The notes beneath the pieces are model-generated. The model had not been told where the DNA came from and searched no databases. It saw nothing but the letters and a program-made list of their open reading frames with translations. Position numbers and translations under genes: made by a program. From Flavobacteriaceae bacterium (GTDB lineage: Bacteria; Bacteroidota; Bacteroidia; Flavobacteriales; Flavobacteriaceae), in NCBI GenBank assembly GCA_030830005.1, contig JAURNV010000022.1:2169-66168 (forward strand): a stretch of DNA of 64,000 nucleotides, given 5' to 3'. Below are positions 1-8,113 of the stretch, piece by piece (the first letter of the stretch is position 1; the number at the start of each line of letters is the position of its first letter).

Positions 1-288
1 AAGTCGTTCTGTAAGCAAAAACTCGATTTTGGAGTGGATATCTTCAAAGGCATCTTCAATTACAAAATCATCAGTAGTAACCTGTTCCAATAAGGTGTCT
101 AACGCTGCAATAAGTTGAGCGGCTTCTTCTGTTGTAAGCAGTCCAACGCTTGCTAACATTTGTGCATGTGCCTTTGACGCAACCACATCATAGGGTGCTA
201 AGCGTACATCCCAAATCCTATCTTCACCAACAGTAAATCGGTCAACGTTTTCGGTTACAGGGGTTTTGTTTTTTTGCCAAAGCTTCAT
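1..288 (-). CDS. argH: argininosuccinate lyase, N-terminal 96 codons (gene continues beyond the left edge)
   Basis: Not in the ORF track. Hand translation of the minus strand from the ATG at 288-286 gives MKLWQKNKTPVTENVDRFTVGEDRIWDVRLAPYDVVASKAHAQMLASVGLLTTEEAAQL..., a typical ArgH N-terminus. It is open to position 1. The ATG overlaps the argE stop (tcat at 285-288). Confidence 0.8.
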   Translation of the reverse strand, partial: MKLWQKNKTPVTENVDRFTVGEDRIWDVRLAPYDVVASKAHAQMLASVGLLTTEEAAQLIAALDTLLEQVTTDDFVIEDAFEDIHSKIEFLLTERL

Positions 289-1346
289 AGTGCTTGTTTT
301 AAAATGGAAATATACAAGGGTACTGCCTCTTCGAGTTCACGAACATAAATAAATTCATCGGCAGTATGGGATCGGGGCGAATCGCCAGGCCCTAATTTTA
401 ACGAATCACAAGATAATACTGCTTGATCGGACAGGGTAGGCGAGCCATAGGTTTTTCTACCTGCTGCAATGCCTGCTTTCACAATCGGGTGATCCATTGG
501 AATGGACGACGAACTTAACCGCAACGAACGGGCTTTTACCTCACAGGGTGCTTCTTGTAACAATTCGTTAATTTCTGCATTGGTATAGCGGTCGTTAACA
601 CGCACATCCAAGACCAATTTTACATCGGCAGGAACGGCGTTGTGCTGTTTCCCTGCATTGAGTTGCGTAACGGTGAGCTTTACAGGACCTAGGGTTTCTG
701 ACACTCGGTCAAAATCATACGAATTAAACCAATCGATAACGCTGCCAATTTTATCAATGGGATTATCGTCGTTTGGGTGTGCCGCGTGACTTGCCGTTCC
801 GTGTATGGTAGCGTCAAAAACCACCAAGCCTTTTTCGGAAACCGCCAAGTGCATTTGCGTGGGTTCACCCACGATGGCGGTATTTATAGGCGGAAGCGTA
901 GGCAGCAAACTGTTTAGCCCGTTAGGTCCAGAAGTTTCTTCCTCTGCCGTAGCCGCCACAATAAGGTTATACGCCATGTCTTTTTGCTCGTAGAAATACA
1001 CAAAGGTTGCCAACAAACACACAAGGGCACCTCCGGCATCGTTGCTGCCCAAGCCATAGAGCTTTCCGTCACTGATTTCAGCCTTGTACGGGTTTTTGGT
1101 GTAACCACTGTTGGGATGTACGGTGTCGTGGTGGGAGTTTAGCAACAGATACGGTTTTGTGGGATCTTCGTATTTGTTGATGGCATAGACGTTATTTTGT
1201 TGCTGCTTACAGGCTACGCCATGATTCTCTAACCACTGCTTAATATGAGCTGCAGTTTTGTCTTCCTCGCCTGAAAGTGAAGGGGTGTTAATAAGCGTTT
1301 GAAGTAAGGATATGGCATCCTGCTGTAATTCTTTAATGCGATTCAT
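285..1346 (-). CDS. argE: M20-family N-acyl-ornithine deacylase (acetylornithine deacetylase-like)
   Basis: 353 aa with M20 metallopeptidase motifs (NSHHDTV, GLGSNDAGG, AEEE, GEPT). Sits in the arg operon and overlaps both neighbours by 4 nt. Confidence 0.8.
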   Translation of the reverse strand: MNRIKELQQDAISLLQTLINTPSLSGEEDKTAAHIKQWLENHGVACKQQQNNVYAINKYEDPTKPYLLLNSHHDTVHPNSGYTKNPYKAEISDGKLYGLGSNDAGGALVCLLATFVYFYEQKDMAYNLIVAATAEEETSGPNGLNSLLPTLPPINTAIVGEPTQMHLAVSEKGLVVFDATIHGTASHAAHPNDDNPIDKIGSVIDWFNSYDFDRVSETLGPVKLTVTQLNAGKQHNAVPADVKLVLDVRVNDRYTNAEINELLQEAPCEVKARSLRLSSSSIPMDHPIVKAGIAAGRKTYGSPTLSDQAVLSCDSLKLGPGDSPRSHTADEFIYVRELEEAVPLYISILKQAL

Positions 1347-2119
1347 TGCAAAGTGGTTTTTGGAGCTTTCGTATTTGTTAAGGCATTTACGTTACTGATG
1401 ATAACCTCATTCACACCGTTTTTAAGCGCATCAAACCCATTGTATAATTTGGGTACCATGCCTTGGTGAATAATGCCATTTTTTACACCTTTTTCGGTCT
1501 GTTCTTCCGTTAAGGTTTCCATCACCTCATTGGGATTTGAGAGATCGTGCAACACGCCCGCATGCTCAAAGCAATAAAATAGACGGACATCAAACGTTTT
1601 ACTCAGCGCAATAGCCACTTGAGCAGCTATCGTGTCTGCATTGGTGTTTAGCAGTTGCCCTTTTTTGTTGTGTGTGATGGCACACAACACCGGAACAATT
1701 TTCGTGTTAAGCAGAGATAGAAATACAGCAGTATTCACTTTGGTGATATCGCCCACAAATCCGTAATCAATGTCTTTAACCGGCCTTTTAGTCGCTAAGA
1801 TTGAATTTCCATCAGCACCACTTAGCCCTAAGGCATTCACGCCACATTCCTGTAATTGCGCCACTATTTTTTTGTTCGATAATCCGGCATAACTCATTAT
1901 TGCTATGTCTAGCATATCCGCATCGGTGATGCGTCTTCCTTCAACCATTTGAGGCGTAATGCCCAACTGTTTCGCCAAAGCAGTAGCATGCCTTCCGCCA
2001 CCATGCACCAACAGTTTCGGCGCATCGATTTTGGCAAAGGCAGCCAGGACTTCTTGCAGCGCAGTTTCGTCATTGACCAAATGCCCACCTACTTTTACAA
2101 TATGTAGTTTTTTGCTCAC
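1343..2119 (-). CDS. argB: acetylglutamate kinase
   Basis: 258 aa amino-acid-kinase fold (KVGG...HGGG). GTG start overlaps the argF' stop (GTGA). Confidence 0.85.
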   Translation of the reverse strand: MSKKLHIVKVGGHLVNDETALQEVLAAFAKIDAPKLLVHGGGRHATALAKQLGITPQMVEGRRITDADMLDIAIMSYAGLSNKKIVAQLQECGVNALGLSGADGNSILATKRPVKDIDYGFVGDITKVNTAVFLSLLNTKIVPVLCAITHNKKGQLLNTNADTIAAQVAIALSKTFDVRLFYCFEHAGVLHDLSNPNEVMETLTEEQTEKGVKNGIIHQGMVPKLYNGFDALKNGVNEVIISNVNALTNTKAPKTTLQ

Positions 2120-3057
2120 GACAATAGGGTTTTTAGTACTGCAGCAGCTGCAAAAGTTCGGTTGTTTGCTTGTTGAATAACCCTCGAAGTAGGGTGATCT
2201 AAAACCCCATCGGTAACCACAACATTACGTCTGATCGGCAAACAGTGCATGAAAGAAGCGTTATTTGTCAACGCCATTTTATCTGGCGTTAGCATCCAGG
2301 TATTGTCTGTTTTTAAAATTTGTCCATAGTGTTCATAGGAACACCAGTTTTTCGCATAGACCACATCGGCATTTTTTAACGCTTCATCTTGATTGTGTAA
2401 CACGGGAATGTCTTTAGTAATACGCTTGTCCAAGTCATAACCTTCTGGGTTTGCAATTACAAAATCTGCATCCATGTGTTGCATCATACGCGTAAATGAA
2501 TTTCCCACTGCGTGAGGCAATGCTTTTGGGTGTGGTGCCCATGTCAGGACAACTTTTGGCCTTTTGGGCAAGGAAAGCTCTTTTAGAGTAAGTGCGTCTG
2601 CCAGTGCTTGTAAGGGGTGTGCGGTAGCACTTTCCATGTTTAGAATAGGCATATTGGCATGTTCAATAAACTTTTGCAACACTTGCTCTTCTTCATCTTT
2701 TTCTTTGTCGGTCAAGGAGGCAAATGCACGGATACCTACTACATCACAATACTGCGACACCACTTGTGCCGCTTCTTTTACGTGTTCGGAACGTAAGCCC
2801 TCCATAATGGTGCCGTCCTCGTATTCAATAGCCCAGGCCTCATTACTAAAATTCATTACCATAACATCCATACCCAACAAACGCCCAGCTTTTTGGGTGC
2901 TTAGGCGAGTTCGCAAACTGGGATTAAAAAATAATAGCCCTAAAGTTTTACGTCTGCCCACTTGCTCATATTGATAAGGATTGGACTTAATTTCTTTGGC
3001 AAGGGCTACTTGCGCATCAAAATCGGGGAGGTCGTTAAGGGTTAAAAATTGTTTCAT
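2116..3057 (-). CDS. argF': N-acyl-L-ornithine carbamoyltransferase (acetyl- or succinyl-ornithine type)
   Basis: 313 aa carbamoyltransferase with SLRTR, HPLQ and HCLP motifs. It lacks the DxxxSMG ornithine loop of classical OTC, as in the Bacteroides/Xanthomonas ArgF' enzymes. Confidence 0.75.
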   Translation of the reverse strand: MKQFLTLNDLPDFDAQVALAKEIKSNPYQYEQVGRRKTLGLLFFNPSLRTRLSTQKAGRLLGMDVMVMNFSNEAWAIEYEDGTIMEGLRSEHVKEAAQVVSQYCDVVGIRAFASLTDKEKDEEEQVLQKFIEHANMPILNMESATAHPLQALADALTLKELSLPKRPKVVLTWAPHPKALPHAVGNSFTRMMQHMDADFVIANPEGYDLDKRITKDIPVLHNQDEALKNADVVYAKNWCSYEHYGQILKTDNTWMLTPDKMALTNNASFMHCLPIRRNVVVTDGVLDHPTSRVIQQANNRTFAAAAVLKTLLS

Positions 3058-4178
3058 AGAGATTTTTGTAATGCATCAAAAAATTGACTTAAATGTTTTT
3101 GTTGTATTGTTAGTGGGGGTAAAATTCGCAACAAATTTTTATTACTACTCCCTCCGGTAAAAATACGGTGCTCATAAATAAGTTTTTTGCGAAGCTCTCC
3201 TACTTCAAAATCAAATTCAAGTCCAAGCATAAGCCCACGCCCTTTTACATTTTTAACCCCATGTATGTTTTTTGCACGTGTCATAAACGCATCGCCAAGA
3301 GTTGCTGCATGGGTAATAAGATTTTTCTTTTTTAGGACTTCTAACACTGCCAAACTTGCTTGACACGCCAAGTGATTTCCGCCAAAAGTAGTTCCCAGCA
3401 TACCGTGCCATGGTTTTATCTTTGGGTGTACTAGAATACCACCTACAGGAAAGCCGTTGCCCATTCCTTTTGCCATAGAGATAATATTTGGGGTTATGTC
3501 ATAGTGCTGAAAAGCAAAGAATTTTCCTGATCTTCCAAAACCCGATTGCACCTCATCTGCGATAAGGCAGGCTTTGTGTTCTATGCAAAGTTTTTCAATA
3601 CGTTTCATGAATTTCTGGGTTGGCATATCCAACCCACCTACGCCCTGAATGGCTTCTATGATCACGGTACATACATCTTCTTTCCTCAGTGTTTTTTCCA
3701 ATCCTTCTTCATCGCCAAATTCGAGGAAAACCACTTCTTGTTGCGCATTTAGTGGGGCAATAATTTTAGGTGTGTCGGTAGCTGCAACTGCAGCACTTGT
3801 TCTGCCGTGAAACGCATTTTTAAAGGCAACTATTTTTGATTTTCCCGTGTAAAAGGAAGCCAGTTTTAGGGCATTTTCGTTGGCTTCGGCACCCGAGCTA
3901 CACATAAACAATTGGTATCCATCGCAACCCGATTGCACTTCAATTTCATCTGCCAATTGCGTTTGTAATGGATTTTGAATGGCGTTTGAATAAAAACCAA
4001 TTCGTGAAATTTGCTTCTTTAGTCTTCTGTTATATACGGGATGTTGGTGTCCTATGCTTATAACCGCATGACCCCCGTACAAATCCAAATACTTCTTTCT
4101 GTTTTTATCATAGACGTGCACTCCCTTAGCACGCACAGGGGTGATGTCATACAACGGATATACATCAAATAATGGCAT
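3054..4178 (-). CDS. argD: acetyl/succinyl-ornithine aminotransferase (class III PLP aminotransferase)
   Basis: 374 aa with class III aminotransferase motifs (DEVQSGFGRSG, SMAKGMGNGFP). Lies in the arg operon. Confidence 0.85.
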   Translation of the reverse strand: MPLFDVYPLYDITPVRAKGVHVYDKNRKKYLDLYGGHAVISIGHQHPVYNRRLKKQISRIGFYSNAIQNPLQTQLADEIEVQSGCDGYQLFMCSSGAEANENALKLASFYTGKSKIVAFKNAFHGRTSAAVAATDTPKIIAPLNAQQEVVFLEFGDEEGLEKTLRKEDVCTVIIEAIQGVGGLDMPTQKFMKRIEKLCIEHKACLIADEVQSGFGRSGKFFAFQHYDITPNIISMAKGMGNGFPVGGILVHPKIKPWHGMLGTTFGGNHLACQASLAVLEVLKKKNLITHAATLGDAFMTRAKNIHGVKNVKGRGLMLGLEFDFEVGELRKKLIYEHRIFTGGSSNKNLLRILPPLTIQQKHLSQFFDALQKSL

Positions 4179-4972
4179 TAGTCTTTAGCTATTTCGTTAA
4201 TTTTTTTGAATGATGCCACAATCCCTTGTATCAGTGATGAACTTAACCCTTGGTGTTCCATTTCGTTTAATCCCTCAATGGTGCAACCTCTTGGTGTGGT
4301 AACTTTATCAATTTCTTCTTCTGGGTGTGCGCCTGTTTCGATAAGTAATGATGCCGCTCCCATAGCAGTGTGCATGGACATTTTCATGGCTTCCTCAGCA
4401 TCAAATCCTAATTGGACGCCCCCTTGTGTTGTGGCACGTATAAGGCGCATCCAAAAGGCAATCCCCGATGCGCAAATAACCGTTGCAGCTCGCATGTGTT
4501 GTTCCTCAATCACAATACTTGTTCCTAATCCATTAAAAATAGCTTCTGCAACGGGTAAACGATTTTTCCCTTTTTCATTTGCACAAAGGCAAGTCATGGA
4601 TTTTGCAACAGATATAGCCGTATTGGGCATGGAACGAATTAGGAAAACATCGCTACCCACAACTTCTTCCATTTTGGCTAGTGAAAAGCCAGTAACGGTT
4701 GAAATCAGCACATGATTATCATGTAATAAATCTTTTATTTCTAAAAGCAATTCTCTTAACTGTCTTGGTTGCACCGCCAAAATAATGATGTCCGAAGCCA
4801 CAACGGCTTTTTTGTTGTCGTTTGTTACTTGGGTGTTGGCATATTCGCTCCAAGAGGAAATACTAACGGTGGAACGACGCGTAAGATATAATTGTGTAAT
4901 ACTGTTGTTGGTGATAAGTCCTTTGGCTATGCTTAACCCTAAGTTTCCAGCTCCTAAAATGGCAATTTTCAT
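4178..4972 (-). CDS. proC: pyrroline-5-carboxylate reductase
   Basis: 264 aa with an N-terminal Rossmann motif (ILGAGNLG) and a P5CR C-terminal region (TTPRGCTIEGL). Embedded in the arg operon. Confidence 0.8.
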   Translation of the reverse strand: MKIAILGAGNLGLSIAKGLITNNSITQLYLTRRSTVSISSWSEYANTQVTNDNKKAVVASDIIILAVQPRQLRELLLEIKDLLHDNHVLISTVTGFSLAKMEEVVGSDVFLIRSMPNTAISVAKSMTCLCANEKGKNRLPVAEAIFNGLGTSIVIEEQHMRAATVICASGIAFWMRLIRATTQGGVQLGFDAEEAMKMSMHTAMGAASLLIETGAHPEEEIDKVTTPRGCTIEGLNEMEHQGLSSSLIQGIVASFKKINEIAKD

Positions 4973-5003
4973 GATGTTTTTTATTTAATATGTAGTTTCA
5001 CAA

Positions 5004-5990
5004 CTAAAATGATATTGATTTTAAATGTAGTCCTGTGGTTTGCTCTAAGCCAAACATAAGGTTCATGTTTTCAACTGCTTGACCAGAAGCTCCTTTTAAT
5101 AAATTATCGATAACGCTTGTAATGAGAAGCTTGCCTTCGTGCATGTGTAAATGCAACAAACACCTATTAGTATTTACAACTTGTTTTAAAGACAATGTTG
5201 TCTTACATACCGTAGTAAATGGACTGTCCTTGTAAAACGATTCGTAAAGCGCATAAGCATCTTCCAAACTTCTATCAAAATTTGTATATGCTGTCGCAAA
5301 AATACCACGAGTGAAATTTCCTCGAATGGGTAAAAAGTGTAATACAGTTTCGTTGCCTTGAAGTTCAGTTAACGTTTCTCCAATTTCACCTAAATGTTGA
5401 TGAACAAATGGTTTGTAATATGAAATGTTATTGTTTCTCCAGCTAAAATGACTTGTAGCTGACGGTACGGCACCTGCCCCAGTACTTCCCGTTATCGCAT
5501 TTATATGAACTTCATTTTGCAGTTTTTTGGCTGCAGCTAAGGGCAGTAGAGCTAATTGAATAGCTGTAGCAAAACAACCGGGATTAGCAATGGCTTGCGC
5601 CGATGCTATGTGTCCTTTATTGGTTTCGGGTAATCCATAAATAAACGATCTACCCATAAACTGACGGTCAGCAGCTAAACGAAAATCATTACTTAAATCA
5701 ATGATTTTGGTATTGTCGTTAACAACGTTTTCATGCAAAAAAGCTCCCGAATATCCGTGTCCCATACACAAGAAAAGCACATCTATTTCAGGATTTAGTT
5801 CTGCTGAAAAAGGAATATCTAACAAACCAACCAGATCTTGATGTGTTTCCGAAACAGCTTTTCCAGCTCGAGTAGAACTATAAACAAAACTGATTTCTGC
5901 GTAGGGATGATGCACAAGTAAGCGAAGTAACTCCCCTCCAGTATAGCCTGCTCCGCCTACTACACCGATTTTTATCTTATTTGTTGACAT
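5004..5990 (-). CDS. argC: N-acetyl-gamma-glutamyl-phosphate reductase
   Basis: Track ORF is 5004..6083. I chose the internal ATG at 5990 (MSTNKIKIGVVGGAGYTGGELLRLL) because the longer form would overlap argG by 107 nt. Catalytic NPGCFATA motif is present. Confidence 0.85.
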   Translation of the reverse strand: MSTNKIKIGVVGGAGYTGGELLRLLVHHPYAEISFVYSSTRAGKAVSETHQDLVGLLDIPFSAELNPEIDVLFLCMGHGYSGAFLHENVVNDNTKIIDLSNDFRLAADRQFMGRSFIYGLPETNKGHIASAQAIANPGCFATAIQLALLPLAAAKKLQNEVHINAITGSTGAGAVPSATSHFSWRNNNISYYKPFVHQHLGEIGETLTELQGNETVLHFLPIRGNFTRGIFATAYTNFDRSLEDAYALYESFYKDSPFTTVCKTTLSLKQVVNTNRCLLHLHMHEGKLLITSVIDNLLKGASGQAVENMNLMFGLEQTTGLHLKSISF

Positions 5991-7158
5991 GCTGATAAAT
6001 TTTTCCGGCATTGGCCGATAATTTAATAAAACCTTTTGCTTCAGCTGCAGTCCACGCATCGTTGGCTTCGCCATAGGTTCCAAACGAGTTGTCCATTAAG
6101 TCGTATTGGGATGCTATGCCTTCTAAACTGAAGCGATAGGGGTGGAGTGTTACAAAAACATCTCCCGTAACTGTTTTTTGACTGCTTGTAAGCAAGGCTT
6201 CAAAGTCACGCATTACGGGGTCTAAATATTGCCCTTCATGGAGCATCATGCCGTAATATGAACCTATATAATCTTTATGGTGTAATTGCCACTTACTCAA
6301 TGTGTGTTTTTCAAGCAAATGATGTGCTTTGATTGTTATAAGTGCAGCAGCAGCCTCGAACCCTACACGCCCTTTGATGCCAATAATAGTATCACCTACG
6401 TGAATATCACGGCCTATTGCAAAAGGGGCTGCAAGCTCTTGTAAAACTTGAATAGCAGCAACTGGTGCATATGTTTTGTTGTTAATTCCTACCAATTCGC
6501 CTTGTTCAAAATGTAATGAAATTTGCTCCGAGGCTGTTTGAGTACATGGACTTGGATAAGCGGCATCGGGGAGAGATTTGCGTGATTTTAAGGTTTCGCT
6601 ACCTCCTACAGAGGTTCCCCAAAGCCCTTTGTTTATAGAATACTGCGCCTTTTCCCAAGACCAGTCCACTCCATGTTGTTTGAGGTAATTGATTTCTTGC
6701 TCTCGCGATAACTTTTGGTCCCTTATTGGTGTAATAATTTCAATTTCAGGGGCAAGGGTTTGAAATATTAAATCGAAACGAACTTGATCGTTTCCTGCAC
6801 CAGTACTCCCATGTGCTATACAAGATGCGCCAATTGCCTTTGCATGGTTAACAATTGCAACCGCTTGAGTTACACGTTCGGCGCTAACCGAAAGGGGATA
6901 GGTGTTGTTTTTGAGCACATTTCCATAAATCAAATACTTCACGACATCCTGATAAAATATTTCAACAGCCTCAATACTTGTATATGAATAGGCTCCTAAT
7001 GCTAAGGCCTTTTTTTCTAATTCCTTTACTTCATTGGTATCAAAGCCACCTGTATTTACACTTACTGCATGGACTTCATACCCTTTTTCACTAAGCGATT
7101 TTACGCAGTAAGAAGTGTCAAGTCCTCCGCTATAGGCTAAAACTAATTTTGGTTTCAT
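5977..7158 (-). CDS. argG: argininosuccinate synthase
   Basis: 393 aa with the PP-loop AYSGGLDTS and typical ArgG body. Confidence 0.9.
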   Translation of the reverse strand: MKPKLVLAYSGGLDTSYCVKSLSEKGYEVHAVSVNTGGFDTNEVKELEKKALALGAYSYTSIEAVEIFYQDVVKYLIYGNVLKNNTYPLSVSAERVTQAVAIVNHAKAIGASCIAHGSTGAGNDQVRFDLIFQTLAPEIEIITPIRDQKLSREQEINYLKQHGVDWSWEKAQYSINKGLWGTSVGGSETLKSRKSLPDAAYPSPCTQTASEQISLHFEQGELVGINNKTYAPVAAIQVLQELAAPFAIGRDIHVGDTIIGIKGRVGFEAAAALITIKAHHLLEKHTLSKWQLHHKDYIGSYYGMMLHEGQYLDPVMRDFEALLTSSQKTVTGDVFVTLHPYRFSLEGIASQYDLMDNSFGTYGEANDAWTAAEAKGFIKLSANAGKIYQHVNK

Positions 7159-7742
7159 TTCTTTAATTTTTTAAAAGCGTTTTTAAATGTTTGTAGTCTC
7201 GTTTTTTTGCCATTAGCGGCAGCGTTTGGATCATAGAGCATTCCAGTGCACAAGCACATGGTGCGATTAGTGCGCGTAAGGACATCGTAGTTTTTACATG
7301 TTTGACAACCTTTCCAAAAGTCTGGGTCATCGGTGAGTTCAGAAAAAGTAACCGGTCTATATCCTAAATCATAATTAATTTTCATCACAGGAAGACCAGT
7401 GGTAATTCCAAAAATTTTAGCATCAGGATACTTTTTTTTGCTGTAATTAAATATTTGCGTTTTAATATTTTTGGCCAAACCGCCTCCTCTATACTCGGGA
7501 GCAACAATAAGCCCAGAGTGCGCTACATATTTTCCGTGTCCCCAAGCCTCTATGTAACAGAATCCTGCAAAAGTTTCACCATCTAAGGCAATTATCGCAT
7601 TTCCATTTTCAATTTTTTGTTGAATATATTCAGGAGTACGGCGTGCAATTCCTGTTCCGCGTACTTGCGCCGAAGTAGTTATGGTTTCTGAAATGGTTTT
7701 GGCATACTTTACATGTATGCGTTTCGCAACTTGAATTTCCAT
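7155..7742 (-). CDS. GNAT-family acyltransferase, first gene of the arg operon (putative N-acyl-glutamate synthase)
   Basis: 195 aa with a GNAT acyl-CoA site (VAPEYRGGGLAKNI) and a Cys-rich C-terminal tail (CQTC...CLC). Bacteroidetes arg clusters typically begin with such a GNAT. Confidence 0.6.
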   Translation of the reverse strand: MEIQVAKRIHVKYAKTISETITTSAQVRGTGIARRTPEYIQQKIENGNAIIALDGETFAGFCYIEAWGHGKYVAHSGLIVAPEYRGGGLAKNIKTQIFNYSKKKYPDAKIFGITTGLPVMKINYDLGYRPVTFSELTDDPDFWKGCQTCKNYDVLTRTNRTMCLCTGMLYDPNAAANGKKTRLQTFKNAFKKLKK

Positions 7743-7820
7743 GTTAAGGATTAAAGAGAATTAGACTGAAAAAAGACGGAGGAAGAAACCGGACACACCT
7801 AAGTTCCATAAACTATAGAC

Positions 7821-7883
7821 TTACCCCAAGGGGCGACGAGCGCGCGGGGAAAAAGTAAAACGTGAAACTAGGTTTACAGTCAT
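7821..7883 (-). promoter_or_regulatory. candidate leader mini-ORF (20 codons, MTVNLVSRFTFSPRARRPLG) in the arg operon 5-prime leader
   Basis: Hand translation of the minus strand: ATG at 7883-7881, TAA at 7823-7821. It has four Arg codons (CGU, CGC, CGU, CGC), three of them in RARR. See findings. Confidence 0.3.
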
Positions 7884-7887
7884 GCCG

Positions 7888-7895
7888 CAAATATA
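7888..7895 (-). promoter_or_regulatory. candidate -7 promoter box TATATTTG for the arg operon
   Basis: Minus strand reads tatatttg, matching the Bacteroidetes sigma-A -7 consensus TAnnTTTG. An ATTG lies 20 nt upstream as a possible -33 element. Confidence 0.4.
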
Positions 7896-8086
7896 GACCT
7901 TTTTAAAAAACATAACAATGTTATCGATGCAATTTTATGGTGAAAAATCATTCGGACTGTCGTGATTAAGAATATAAAAGATTTTTTGTCTTGATTATGT
8001 TTACGATTGAGAAGCACATTTTTATCAAGAAGTGTTGATTATAAATGTTTTTCATCGGCTTTTGATGTAATCCTTAAGCAAATACG

Positions 8087-8094
8087 TAATTTTG
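8087..8094 (+). promoter_or_regulatory. candidate -7 box TAATTTTG upstream of pabB
   Basis: Matches TAnnTTTG. A TTTG lies at 8061-8064. The box is 20 nt upstream of the TTG start at 8114. Confidence 0.3.
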
Positions 8095-8113
8095 TTTTAA
8101 AGAAGGTATTTTA

